Below are positions 1 to 12,179 of a stretch of 64,000 nt of DNA, piece after piece. Numbering within the stretch: the stretch's first letter is position 1; every line of letters begins with the position of its first letter. Both the position numbers and the translations under genes were made by a program. The DNA lies in assembly GCA_051313645.2 (NCBI GenBank), contig JBNRSN020000025.1:31310001-31374000 (forward strand). The letters run 5' to 3'. The notes beneath the pieces were generated by a model that saw nothing but the letters and a program-made list of their open reading frames with translations, did no database searches and was not told the origin of the DNA. Origin of the DNA: Centroscyllium fabricii (taxonomy: Eukaryota).

Positions 1-589
1 TAATAAGGCGCAAAGTAAATACAAGTTCTTCCTTTCCGAAGGGACTAAACCAAGGATGCTTTCACAAACTCCATGTGGCTTCATCAAGAGCAGCACTCAC
101 AATTGATGGCGCAGTTGGTGAATGCACTGCCCAGGTACCATCCATGGTCTGTGCTAAGGTATCTGATCTCAGCTGGGGTGGCACAATGGACACTACAATT
201 GACTTTCGCAGTTGAGCCCAATGTTGCTTTCACCCAACACACAGCAGGAGTCACTGGATAAGTGAGATTGGTTAGAAGGCAAGGACTGTGGTGTCTCTCC
301 TGCTGCCCCAGCTAATGCAGCACAGATTAGGGAAACCAAAACTGTCCTGATCTGTACGGCTCAATTACTGACTGTTTTAACTGATTGAGGAGTGCCTTAG
401 TTGATGGTCTTTCACACACGTAGAGATGAATACATTAACCTACACAGCGAAGTCAGATCTGACATCTTTATTAATTTTTATTTATAAATTTATTCACTCA
501 TTTCTCCAATTTTCCTGGATGAGCTGCCCACATACAGAAGCAGTGCTAATTGATAACGCATTAAAGAAGGCATGCATGCACGCAGTATG

Positions 590-910
590 GAGGTGTATTG
601 GACTAGCAACCCAAGAAGCTGTGAGTTCAAATCCCACTACGGTAATAAAGCTGATAGTCTGTGGGCTAGCACCAGAACATTGACCACGAGAGCTGCTGGA
701 CTGTAAAACCTGACTGGTTCACTCATGTCCAGCAATGGCCTACCTGGTCTGGCCTACATGGGACTCTACTCCACACCACATGGTTAACGGCTAATGCTAA
801 TGGTCAAAAAAGAATTGGTAAGAAGCACAAGAACTGCAGCGGTTCAAGGAGAAGGCCCACCTCCACCTTCTCAGGGCAACGAGTGATGGACAATAAATTC
901 GGCCAAGCTG
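590..910 (+). mobile_element. decayed tRNA-derived SINE with CR1/L2-type LINE tail
   Basis: GAGTTCAAATCCC B-box-like motif and body similar to the SINE at 43025-43269. The tail (…gga caataaattcggcc) matches the 3' end of the LINE at 23085-25575. Ends approximate. Confidence 0.5.
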
Positions 911-1204
911 GTGAAAATAAATTTTGAAAATGTGGCAAAGTCTATCCAGGCCCACAATCAATGATTTATTTTCAGTTGAGACTCTCATACTGTAGAATAT
1001 CCGTGTCTAAATGTTTGCTGAAATCTATTTTTATCCTGTAGATATGAAGCTGTAGGTGATGTGAAAGAGCTAAAAGAAAAAGCTCAAAGGGATTTAAGGA
1101 TGAACGGAGAGCCAGACGGGTTCCTTTCTGATGTGTGTGAAGTCCCATGGAATGGTGTGGAGTGTGGGAGCCTCTGGTTCCTCAAGTACAGATCTAGCGG
1201 TCTC

Positions 1205-1835
1205 CCATTGTTTTTACCTCTTCTGCCTTGAAAGTGCTGACTCTTGCTTGGACCAGCTCAATGGGCACAAACAGCCCTCTGGTAGCTCAGCCAAGTGACC
1301 ATTCCTCACATGCGAGCGTGGACAGTGAGTGGCGAAAGGTTTGACTATGGTGGGGGGCTGGGGGGTGGAGCATCATAACTGAGCCCAGTCTGATTCTCAC
1401 CCAATATCCACACATGCAAACGCTTTTCAGTAAGGGCATCACTGGATGAGGATCAGGAATGGGATCCCTGACCTATTTCCCTCCTCCCTGGTACAAGGGC
1501 AATGAAGCAAATTGTAACACCCCAACTGCTGCCTGTAAGGATAGCTGTGACTGGCGGAAAGACGGCACAGGCTTGACTTACGTCTGACGTCACGCCCGAG
1601 TGGCGGGAGCCGACGCCATCTTAGCCATGCTTCAGTTGAGGCTTGGAGTGGCAGTGCATAAGACCTGATTAAAGAAGCTCTGTTGAAACTTAGTGTTGGC
1701 CTCCCGTCTGATCTTTAAATAACATTACACTGCCTTGGTCGAGATCAGCTGACGCAGCCAGAGAGCGAGGTATCTACAACCTTCCGACCTGCACAACTCA
1801 GTACCACACCAATCGGTGCATTTACCCACTAAGAC
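1205..1835 (-). mobile_element. old SINE-like interspersed repeat, interrupted by a solo LTR
   Basis: Reverse-complement similarity to blocks at 2790-3020, 4420-4760 and 16420-16680 (gatctcagc…caattggc…cctgatc…cagtgaccc motifs). Family not named. Confidence 0.45.
1534..1729 (+). mobile_element. solo LTR (196 bp)
   Basis: TGTAA…TTACA termini with a perfect 5-bp TSD CTGCC (1529-1533, 1730-1734). Internal ATTAAA and a TGACGTCA CRE motif. Confidence 0.85.
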
Positions 1836-2187
1836 ATCGGGGAAACTGTGCATAATGAGGATAGCAAGCTGGCAGCTCCTGTGAATGCCTTCTTTTTTTG
1901 GTGTAATACTTCAGCAGGTTTCACAGCAAGTACATAAATCAAACACTGTTTCACTTCTGTCAGAAAGGAATTGCATTGCACTAGCACATTATTCAGCCAT
2001 TTTTAAACTGTTAATATTGTAATAAATATTGCTGCTCTCACGATATTCACATTGCTGTAGTAATATTGCTGATTCTCTGAAATACATACCTTCCTGCCAG
2101 TGTGTGGAATGCCAAGTACAATCCTGTGACCTCCCACCCCAAGGTGAGTTTTGCCGCCGCACCATACACATCTCTGTTTTTCAAATA

Positions 2188-2753
2188 CAGCTTGAACACC
2201 GGTAATCCAGCACCCGATGGTCTGGCATTTTCAGTGGTCCGGCGGGCTTCAGTTTGAGGAGCAGCCGCTCGGCGGTGCCACTGTTCTACCTGCGTGCTCC
2301 AGGCCCCGGGGAGTGTTCTACCCGCGCGCCTTCTTTTACCGACAATGACGTTGGAAACATTGGCAAAGAAACCGGAGCTTGGGCCAAAACCTGCCATTGC
2401 CATCAAGCTGAGGGAATGAATGATCACTTTTATCAGGCTGCGATCACGGTCAGTGGACTTGTTTACATTCAGATGGGACCAAACGGAGCCATCACTTGCA
2501 GGTTGCATGCGTGTCCCTAATGAAAAACATTCCGCTTTCTTTTTCCCCCCAAAAAAACTTCCAGTCGTCCAAGGGTGAGCCCGTTTACCGGCACAGACCT
2601 GCATCTAACTTTGAACTGAATGCCTTGGGGATGACCGGAATCTGTATTTACACTGGCACCGGGATCTTCCCCCGAACCTTCAGCGGTTCGGAATTTTCAG
2701 TGGTCCAGCACCAGCCTGGTCCCGAGGGTGCCGGATTAACAGTGCTCAATCTG
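2188..2753. mobile_element. pogo/Tigger-like MITE with about 340 bp of extra internal sequence
   Basis: TA-CAG(C)TTGAACACCGGTAATCC… and …GGATTAACAGTGCTCAATCTG inverted ends, shared with copies at 15906, 18849, 31929, 34817 and 55914. Confidence 0.8.
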
Positions 2754-2789
2754 TCATGAGTTCTCCAACAACTAAGTGGGTGCAGAGAT

Positions 2790-3020
2790 TATCCAGTGTT
2801 GGATTAGGTCATGAAGGGTCCCAGGGTAATTCCTTGGTCAGTCCGGAGTTAGTTGATCTTAGCCAGGACATCAGTATGGGTGCTGCAATTGGGCCAGAGC
2901 GGAGGAGGGAAATCAGCCAGGGTTACCATTCCTGATCACGACCCAATGACCCCTGCTGGAAAGGGAAGTGTGGGACTTTAGTTTGTAACAGGATCAAGCT
3001 GGGTTGTGTTGCACCCCAGG
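2790..3020 (+). mobile_element. old SINE-like repeat fragment
   Basis: Same motifs as 1205-1835 (reverse), 4420-4760 and 16420-16680. Confidence 0.45.
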
Positions 3021-3207
3021 GATGGGTAGCCATACAGAAAGATGTGTCACTCAGTTTCCCAGCTCATACAGGAAGATGTGTCACTTCGGTAAGGTACCGC
3101 ACGGATGTCAGTTCCCGTTGAACCGTATCCCAGGAAGAGGTGGTGCCTTTAGAATGGGAAATGGCAGAAAAGAAAAACGAATAGAACTTCGTTTCTTAAT
3201 GCAGAGT

Positions 3208-3430
3208 CATGATGTGGAGGTGCCGGTGTTGGACTGGGGTGGACAAATGCAAGAAGTCACACAACACCAGGTTATAGTCCAACAGTTTTATTTGAAATCA
3301 CAAGCTTTCGGAGCGCTGCTCCTTTGCCAGGTGTCTCTCTTAAACACCTGAGGAAGGAGCTACACTCCGAAAGCTTGTGATTTCAAATAAAACTGTTGGA
3401 CTATAACCTGGTGTTGTGTGACTTCTTGCA
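3208..3430. mobile_element. Penelope-like element (PLE) inverted pseudo-LTR insertion
   Basis: Arms 3248-3334 and 3344-3430 are inverted copies of the PLE terminus seen at 50790-50920. Imperfect 12-bp TSD: TTAATGCAGAGT / TTAATGAAGAAT. Confidence 0.85.
3342..3383 (+). ncRNA. minimal type I hammerhead ribozyme motif (PLE-associated)
   Basis: aaacac-CTGAGGA-a-ggag(ctaca)ctcc-GAAA-gctt-gtgattt: core boxes, stem II, palindromic AGCT stem III and stem I (cac/gtg). Confidence 0.7.
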
Positions 3431-3525
3431 TTAATGAAGAATATCTTTGAAATTAACGAGAAGCGGAACATCATCTCTGCATCCAGCTGTCTTTGTGCTG
3501 AAGTGCTGTTGAAGTCTGTGAATTT

Positions 3526-3921
3526 ACATAGAAACATAGAAACATAGAAGATAGGAGCAGGAGTAGGCCATTCGGCCCTTCGAGCCTGCTCCGCCATTGA
3601 AGGAGATCATGGCTGATCATCCAAACCCAGCACCCCGCCCCTGCCCTATCCCTATCGAGCCTGCACCAACACGTATCCCACCCTATCCCCGTAACCCCAC
3701 ATATTCAAACACCCTAACACTAAGGGTCAATTTATCATGGCCAATCAACCTAACCCGCACATCTTTGGACTGTGGGAGGAAACCGGAGCACCCGGAGGAA
3801 ACCCACGCAGACACGGGGAGAATGTGCAAACTCCACACAGATAGTACCCGAGGCTGGATTTGAACCCGGGTCTCCAGAGCTGTGAGGCAACAGTGCTAAC
3901 CGCTGTGCCACCGTGCCGCCC
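3526..3921 (-). mobile_element. HE1-type V-SINE (tRNA head, V domain, CR1 tail)
   Basis: Minus strand reads GGGCGGCACGGTGGC…GGGTTCAAATCC (A/B boxes), the V-domain ctgtgtggagtttgcacattctcccc and a (TTTCTATG)n CR1-type tail. Confidence 0.9.
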
Positions 3922-4419
3922 TACAGCTTCTAATGGTGCCTGGGTGACACAGGGCAGCACAACTCTTGGGACATCCAGCTCACCAGGCCGATGGTCCTGT
4001 CCTATCTCTGATTAGCACAAAGGGGTCCAAATAGTTGGTTCTAGTTGGCACAAGCACCCCCTGAGAAAACTGTCCTCAAACTCAACTCTATTTCCCACGA
4101 ATTCAGCCACCAGGATCCGAGAGAAGGGGAGGAGAGAGAGTAGGGGCAATGGAAACTCTTTTGGGGTTTGGGTGGGGGGGGGGTTGAAGTACATCTCCAT
4201 TATGTTGTAGGCAGAGCTCCCAACTTCGACGGCTGCTGTACCTGACCAGGAAGGGATTGATGAGACCGGGTAGGAAGTAAACAGGACTTCCAGTCTCTGA
4301 CGCTCAACACTCATCTTGAAAATGGAGAAAAGGGGACAAGAAAACCCATAATACTGATGTCTGGTGTCGAAATAGTTTCATGACACACATTATGGCATTT
4401 TGTTGCTGAAATGGACTAT

Positions 4420-4760
4420 CTTGGGGGCTGTCCCGAAGGCTCACCTGGTTAAGCAACTGAGCCATACAGACGAGGAAAGAGTCAATCCCTGATCTACCCT
4501 GAGTTAATGGTCTCACCCGCAGCAGCAGTTGGGTTCTGCGCCCACTCGCTTTAGGTTAACGGATGAGAAATCAGCATTAGGCTCCCTGCTGGAAGGTGTG
4601 CGTGCTTGGAGTCCGGGATCAGGCTCGGCTGTGAGGCCCCCATGGTTGAATAGTCTGCCAGCACTCACTGTCTAGACTCACGCACGAAGAATAGGTGCTT
4701 GGGTGAGGTACAGGCCGTGTTCTCTGGACTCGTCCCCCAGTGGCAGGCAATATTCTTTCG
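4420..4760 (+). mobile_element. old SINE-like repeat fragment
   Basis: Shares motifs with 2790-3020 and 16420-16680. Confidence 0.4.
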
Positions 4761-5114
4761 GCGAGGGGCGGAGGGGTGAACTTGGGACAGGAAAAGAAGC
4801 GGGAGAACAAACAAAAATGGTGATTTAAATGAACCGTTCTTTACTCAAATCAGTAACGGACAGGAGGTAGGATCGAGGGACAGAGTGCCTGTGGAAGAGA
4901 GGAGGGCGGGGTCTTGAATTTGAGTTCTGATATTTCCTTTGCAGCTGATGAGAATGAATTGAAAAATGAATTGAAATAATTGAAGCCTCGTCTCCTGTGC
5001 TCTTTCAGTGGCGTCCTGCCCGACTGACCTCAGCTCTCCACCTTAATATAGGAGGTGTCGGGGGATTTAGGCAGTAACCTGTTAGGTTGTAACCAGAAAC
5101 AAGGATGGCTTGCT

Positions 5115-7207
5115 GCAGGTGAGACCACACCTTGAGTATTGTGTGCAGTTTTGGTTGCCTTTTCTGAGGAAGGATGTTCTTGCCATGGAAGGAGTGATGC
5201 GCTATCAATAACTCCAAAAGACTAGAAGTTAGACAAGTAACAAATAGGCTTTTGTTGACTAAAGAAGACGAGCATGTCTCTAGCTGTAGACCGATCCTGA
5301 AAGCCCGGGGGACTGGAGCTCAGTCACCTTTATACCTGGGCTTAGGGGTGGAGCCAGGGACAGAGCCAGCAGAGACATGCCCAGACAAGTTATGTACAAA
5401 CAGAACAGTGGTTTACCACATTCACCCCTTGCTTAAAATGAGTCCGGCGGGGTGAAGTGTCTCAGTAGTTCGTGTAATTAAGTCTCTCCGGGGGTCTTGT
5501 CTGCCGTAGTGACCGTCGAGGTGCCGGCTGCAGTGGTTCATCTCCCACGGCTGTTTCCCGCGTGGGCCGGAGCACCGGCGTGTCATCCTCGTGGATGCTG
5601 AGTCGGTGGGCATACGAGGGTGGGTCACGGGGCCCCAGCATGCCGTCAACTGGGGTCAGGTATGGATTCCCTGCTACAGGTGTGTCGTGGGTAACGGTAG
5701 AGGGCAATGGTGGTGGGTAGTGTGCTATGGTGGTTTCAGCGGCCCCCGAGGGTGTGAGGTCTCCTATGGAAACCGTGTCCTCCCGCCCGTTGGGATACGC
5801 CACGTATGCATATTGTGGGTTGGCGTGGAGGAGGTAGACCCTTTCGACCAGGGGGTCTGTTTTATGGCTCCTCACGCGCTTCCGGAGTAGGACGGGCCCT
5901 GGAGACCTCAGCCATGGCAGTAGCGATGTCCCTGAGGTGGACTTCCTAGGGAAGATGAACATTTTCTCGTGCAGGGTGGCATTCGTGGCGGTACAGAGCA
6001 GTGACCGTATGGAATGGAGCGCGTCAGGGAGGACTTCCTGCCAGCGGGAGGTTGGAAGGCCTCTAGATTTTAAGGCTAGCAGGGCGGCCTTCCACACTGT
6101 TGCGTTCTCTCTCTACCTGTCCGTTACCCCGGGGGTTGTAGCTGGTGGTCCTGCTCGTGGCTACCCCTCTTTCGAGCAGGTACTGGCGCAGCTCGTCGCT
6201 CATAAACGATGAGCCTCGGTCGCTATGGATGCAGCTGGGGAAACCGAATATGGCGAAGAGGTCATTTAGACATTTGATGACCGTGGCGCTGGTCATGTCC
6301 GGGCAGGGGATGGCGAACGGGAAATGGGAGTACTCATCAATGATGTTGAGGAAGTACGTGTTGCGGTCAGAGGAGGTGAGGGGCCCTTTAAAATCAACGC
6401 TCAGGCGCTCAAAGGGGCGAGTGGCTTTTATCAGGTGCGCCCTGTCTAGCCCATAAAGTGCAGTTTGCACTCGGCACAGACTTGGCAGTTCCTGGTCATG
6501 ATCCTGACCTCCTCGATGGAGTAAGGCAGGTTGCGGGCCTTAATGAAGTGGGAAAACCTGGTGACCCCCGGGTGGCAATGGCCATTGTGGAGGGCCCGCA
6601 GCCTATCGACCTGTGCGTTTGCACACGTTCCACGGGATAGGGCGTCCGGGGGCTCATTAAGTTTGCCGGGCCGGTATAAGATATCGTAATTGTAGGTGGA
6701 TAATTCGATTCTCCACCTCAATATCTTATTGTTTTTGATTTTTCCCTGCTGCTTGTTGTTGAACATAAATGCCACTGATCATTGGTCAGTGAGCAGGGTG
6801 AATCGTTTACCGGCCAGGTAATGCCTCCAATGCCGCACAGCCTCCACTATAGCCTGGGCCTCCTTTTCTACTGAGGAGTATCTAATTTTGGGAAGTCCAG
6901 AACCAGGGGTCACAGTCTAAGGATAAGGGGTAAGCCATTTAGGACAGAAATGAGGAGGAAATTCTTCAACCAGAGAGTGGTGAACCTGTGGAATTCTCTG
7001 CCACAGAGGGCGGTGGAGGCCAATTCATTAAATATATTCAAGAAGGAGTTGGATATATTCCTTAAGGCTAAAGGGATCAAGGGATATGGGGAGATGGCAG
7101 GGACAGGGTACTGAATTTGGATGATCAGCCATGATCTCACTGAATGGCGGAGCAGGCTCGAGGGGCCGAATGGCCTACTCCTGCACCTATCTTCTATGTT
7201 TCTATGT
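5115..7207 (+). mobile_element. CR1 LINE 3' fragment split by a Gypsy insertion (pieces 5115-5194 and 6886-7207)
   Basis: VRPHLEYCVQFW-coding DNA precedes the LTR. The CR1 3' end and (TTTCTATG) tail resume after 6886. Confidence 0.85.
5195..6885 (-). mobile_element. 5'-deleted Gypsy LTR retrotransposon (RNase H end, integrase, PPT, 3' LTR 5195-5420)
   Basis: Frameshifted integrase (HPGVTR…CQVCAECK zinc finger, DFKG, DRGS, NGQVER). Purine tract AAGGGGTGAA abuts the 226-bp TG…CA LTR. Homologous to 26076-30695. Confidence 0.92.
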
Positions 7208-8164
7208 TCTCAGGATCCAGAAAGGGTTCACACTTCAGCCCCATGGTTTGTGGTGTCACCCAACTGTCTAGCCAAGCCTGGACTGGCTGATTGTAATTCA
7301 CCGCGCAACGTGACAGTATCCTGTGTGTGCGTGTGTGTGCGTGGATTGTAGAATTACTGGCAGTTACCAGAAGCTGCAATTCAATCAAGGATCCGGGGAT
7401 CACTAAACTGAATAAACAAAGCTCGAGTAATTTGTGAATGTCATCAACTCCAAAATTAAATGACACCCTCTAACTCGCTCCCTGGTTACTTGGTACTTGA
7501 TGAAATACAGAAATTTGTCAATAATCATTTTGCATGCCAATGGCTTCCATTATGGTTACACATCCATGGAACTATTTGAATTTGTCGGATATCCAGTGTG
7601 AATCTGTGTTTTAGGAGTCAATCCAGAGCCTGTTGGAATTAGACAAATACTGAAAAAGATTTTAATATAAAACACACATAGACAATGCTCAAATTAATTG
7701 ATTGGTTTTCATACGAAAGTCCCTGGGCCCTAAGGGAACCAGGATCATCAGATTTCTGAATTATCCCTTTACTTGTTGAGTTACTCGCACATACTTTCTG
7801 CCTCTGTATGATCGGAATATACGAACAATGACAGACAGGTAAAGACCCACTGGTCCACTGAGCCTGTCCCACACAATTGCGATACCTTGTGTATCCCAAT
7901 AATATCCTATCACGTTGATCACGCCACAAGCATCATACCTTTACATTCAAATTTTTGTGTCACATTTGCATCCAACTGGCTCAAAAGTTTGCATTCGTAA
8001 AAAAGCAGCAACTCTGAATTGAGCAGATACCTGACATACGAATCAAACACGTTGTTATATCGCGGAAATAGGCCTATGGAATAGGCCTAACTCCTTCAGT
8101 CTTCATATACATTAACCAAAGCCATGGAGCTGTATTATTATGATGAATTATGTTTAATTCCACT

Positions 8165-9470
8165 TGTAGCAATAGTAATCTATTAAAAGTGGCCACATAG
8201 CAGTAAAAGAGCAATGGCTGCTGGGACAACACTAGAAGCTCAGCCATGGTTAGAGTTAGTTCCCACAGTCGCAGCTGGCTTTCAGGGAAGATAAAGAAAC
8301 CAGTATCGGTTATCTCGTATTATAGCTAGTATTGTTTATCACAGCGCAGCTTCTGTGCAGACATAGCAAGATAACATAGAGACACAGTGTTTAAAAGTAT
8401 AAATATTGGCCCAGAAATTGCCGTCATCGCATATCGGGTTTAAGCTCTGGTGCGAGCGCACCAGAGCTTAAACCCGCAGGAAGCTGCCGGTGCGCACGCT
8501 TCAGGCTTTCCTGTGCCGCCCAGCGGGGGGGGGGGGGGCAGTGCTTTCTGCGAGGTCCACCGCAGGAAGCTGCGAACTACAGGACCGCCCAGACTTTCCA
8601 CTGTTTTTTTAAACTTTTTCTACGGAGCAACAGGAGAAAAATCAACGCTGGGAAAAAGCAGTCGTTAACACCCGTTTTCATCTGGTAAGTGTATATTTTA
8701 TTGATTTTAATTGTTATTTTTTCAGGTTTTTAATTGTTGATAACTTTAAAGACAGTTAAGTATTTTTTTAGACCTGTTGGAAGAAAAAAAAAATCTGCAA
8801 ATTTTTATTTTTGCTTTAAAATAGGTTATTTGTATTAGTTGGGGTAATGTTTAAAAAATGTGGTGTTTGTAAAATTTTATTTTTGTGTTTAGGTGTCTTT
8901 TGAGATTCTCCCTTTTCAAAACTCGCACAGATTTCTCTGTGGAAGTTTTGAACGGAGAATTGCTTCCACTGATTGGCTCCCTGCCAATCAGCTGGTCTCA
9001 AAAGCCACCTCGCACTAATTACGCCGTTCAGAACTCGCACAGAGCTCTGACAGGCAGGGCTAATGGGAATTTCTCTGTGCAAAAAAGCAAAACTGAATAT
9101 GGGCAATTAAAGTGCGTTAAGCAGCACTGCACCCACATGAAAGGCTCCACTGCAATTTCTGGGTCAATATGTGAAATGCCATTTCACATCTCAGGGCGGC
9201 TCTTAGCATTGAGTGACTAAATACACTGACCAATAAGGGAGTAGCACTGTTTGTACAGGCATGCCCACTTTTGTAACCCATGGGCGGTGCCTGTTGAAGA
9301 GTATATCTGTGCTGCATTCTGCACTTGCTTTGAGAGTGCAGACCCACAGCTTGAGGAAGCTTGGTGCGTCTCTCTCCCCTGTGCACAGGTTCTTCCTATT
9401 TTCTAATAAAACTTTTACTTTATATTCAATTCTGTTTCTGCCTAGAGTTTCTCCGTATCCAGATCTTACA
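8165..9470 (+). mobile_element. possible ERV-like LTR interrupted by a MITE
   Basis: TGTAG start, CCAAT, TATA-like and AATAAA motifs in order, ending …TTACA. No TSD found. Confidence 0.3.
8408..9165. mobile_element. PIF/Harbinger-like MITE
   Basis: TIR GGCCCAGAAATTGC / GCAATTTCTGGGTC with ATT/AAT flanks. AT-rich core resembles 33932-34603 and 40150-40879. Confidence 0.75.
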
Positions 9471-9889
9471 GTGGAGAGTTCCTCCTGACAATCTGAATCT
9501 TACAACGTGCTAAGTGCATAGATAAATGAGGAACTACAAAGGACAGATGAAAACAGCAAATCAAGCACATGGAGTCAGAAAAACCTGCAACTAAAAGAAT
9601 CTCCAAATATCTTGTTCTCTCCACTGCTGGAGTACATAGTTTGTAACATTATGAAGACATTAAAAAAAAAGCTGATTACAAGACAATGTTAAAACTTATC
9701 TATAAAATAGCATTTTCTGTCCTCGAGCAATGTTTTCCACCGGAGACTTGCGCCAATGTGAAAAGCCTGAGCATTGAGTTATTTCGGGTTCTCAGACCCA
9801 TCACTCCAAGGCCAGGAGACACAAGCTATCAAACTAAAGTTCCCACTATACAGATGTACATACCTGTGGAAAATGTTATGATTGATAAC

Positions 9890-10460
9890 AAGACTGGCCA
9901 TCCACAAAAGGTGCAAGAACGATTGAGGGGATGGAGGGATTGAATTATGAGGAGCAATGATGTAAATTGAGCATGTTCACATTGGAGAAGGGAAGGTTGA
10001 GAGGTGATATGATTGCTAGTTTTAGGGTTATGAAGGGACTGGATAATGTCGACCACGCCGAGCTGTTTCACCTTGTCCCAAACAGTAGAACCGGAGGACA
10101 CGACCTGCGCTTGAAGGGGGGTAAATTCAAAACGAATCTGCGGAAACATTATTTCAGTCAGCGAGTGGTAAATCAATGGAACGGGCTCCCTAGGGAGATG
10201 GTGGAAGCAGTTAGTATTGATTCATTCAGATGCAAATTAGATTTCTTTCAGAAAATAATATTTTGGGAGCCAGTACATGAGCAATTTGAGACATGGCTTG
10301 TGGTAAGTGAGGCATGCTTGGCAGGAACAGATGACTTTGGGCCTATTGTTCCCAAAGCTCTCCATTGTTGGGGTTTTCCTCACCTCATGTCTGGGTCTGT
10401 TGTTGACTAACTGATCGAGATTAATTGCTATAATTAGTCAACAACTCCATTACTGTTGTA
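9890..10460 (+). mobile_element. CR1 LINE 3' fragment (divergent family)
   Basis: ORF 9967-10410 begins with the CR1 RT C-terminus (RLRGDMI…FSQRVVNQWNGLP). Confidence 0.8.
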
Positions 10461-10464
10461 TCAT

Positions 10465-10956
10465 TCTTGCTATTGAGGGAGTGCAGCGAAGGTTTACTAG
10501 ATTGATTCCCGGGATGGCCGGACTGACATATCAAGAAAGACTGGATCAGCTGAACTTGTACTCTCTGGAGTTCAGAAGAATGAGGGGGGGATCTCATAGA
10601 AACGTTTAAAATACTGACCGGTTTAGACAGGTTACATGCGGACAGAATGTTCCCAATGTTGGGGAAGTCCAGAACCAGGGGGCACAGACTAAGGATAAGG
10701 GGTAAGCCATTTAGGACCGAGATGAGGAGAAACTTCTTCACCCAGAGAGTGGTGAACCTGTGGAATTCTCTACCACAGAAAGTTGTTGAGGCCAATTCAC
10801 TAAATATATTCAAAAGGGAGTTAGATGTAATACTTACAACTAGGGGGATCAAGGGATATGGCGAGAAAGCAGGAATGGGGTACTGATGTAGCATGTTCAG
10901 CCAGGCTCGAAGGGCCGAATGGTCTACTCCTGCACCTATTTTCTATGTTTCTATGT
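10465..10956 (+). mobile_element. CR1 LINE 3' fragment
   Basis: FFTQRVVNLWNSLP ORF, terminal hairpin and TTTCTATG tail. Confidence 0.9.
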
Positions 10957-11377
10957 ATCATGCAACTGCCAGGATGGTAGAAGGTGATGTAGATGGACCT
11001 TGGTTTTTTCTCGTTCAGCAATTCCTATGTTCCGAAGGACTTGCTGTTTTTGCAAGACTCAACCCATGCCAATCTAAAGTAACCAAGAACAAAATCCACC
11101 ATAGAAACCATTTTTGAGACAAGTGATTATAATCCAGAATGTGTTTATTTTTGTATAAAATGTTAAACACAAGGTAAAACCGAGATTCAACTTTTTCTCC
11201 AGTCACTTCCCTCAAAAAGGTGATGACACCAAGTGACAAATGAAACTTTTAAACAATGTCAAATTTCAAACTGTAATTTTTATATTCTGACATATACCAT
11301 CATTCAAATTTTGAGGGAGGTTCTGAATAAAACTCCTGAATTTAAATATTTGTTTAAGTTTATTTTGTAAACACTAG

Positions 11378-12135
11378 GGGGGGAATAATTGGGCTGTGCC
11401 CGTTTGGGGCGCTAACCTCGGAAATTAGCACCCCGAAAAAGTTAGCGCTGTTTTGCCGTAAATTGGGTTTTAGCGCCCCAAGTAGGAGGTGGGCCGCTAC
11501 TGCAGACGCCCCACCTCATTCCTTGGGCGCAACAACTGAAGTTCGGGCCACTATGTGTCGCTGCGCCACGCTCTGCAGCACGCCGCGGCGCGGTACTGCA
11601 AGCCTCCCTCCCCTTTTTAAAGGGGAGTGGCCTAGCGTGGCGCGGCCCGGAGCCCCGCTGGACCACCGGGGATCGGAGTGCCGGCAAAGGAGCCTGGCAC
11701 TCGAGGGAAGTGCAGGGCTCACGGAGCACAGCCAGCACTCTGCAAAGGGGGGGGGGGCATTGGGGACGGCCGGGGACAGCAGAGGGGGCAGGTGCTGGCA
11801 GGCGGCCAGCAAGAAAAATGGCCGCCTGCCCGCCCCACTTTAAATAGCGCTGGCCCGGCTGCAACTGCGGCCCCCTGACCCTGTCGGTGACAGCGTCTGG
11901 CGTGAAGTCAGGGGACACGACTGAAGTTCGAGGCCGGGGCACGAGTGAGGCGCTGTGCACGACGATTACATCATCGCCGGCAGCGCAGCACCATGAGGCG
12001 CTACCAGCTGCTGCCGCCGCCAGCACCCCACTGAATAGCATGGGAGGCGCCAGCCCAGGCGCTAGGTGCCTTGCGCCCCTTTAGCAGCCTTTTTAGGGCA
12101 CTAACGGCTGGCGCAAGCCACCCAATTTTTCCCCC
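11378..12135. mobile_element. GC-rich PIF/Harbinger-like MITE
   Basis: GGGGGGAATAATTGGG / CCCAATTTTTCCCCC inverted ends with TAG/CAG flanks and a CpG-rich interior. Confidence 0.7.
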
Positions 12136-12179
12136 CAGGTATTGCTGCGGAGATTTTGGTAAAGAAGGAAAAGAACAAT

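Noticed and set aside
1042-1230. Plus-strand open frame after a TTTTATCCTGTAG acceptor
   Set aside because: No recognisable protein or clear donor, and it runs into a SINE remnant.
3840-3921. tRNA gene
   Set aside because: It is the tRNA-derived head of an HE1 SINE, and the same applies to the other copies.
7357-7470. Minus-strand exon candidate (SFNFGVDDIHKLLE…)
   Set aside because: Poor acceptor context and no recognisable homology.
11442-12084. Long GC-rich ORFs or CpG island as a gene promoter or first exon
   Set aside because: The region is bounded by TIRs, is open on both strands because of GC content, and has no recognisable domain.
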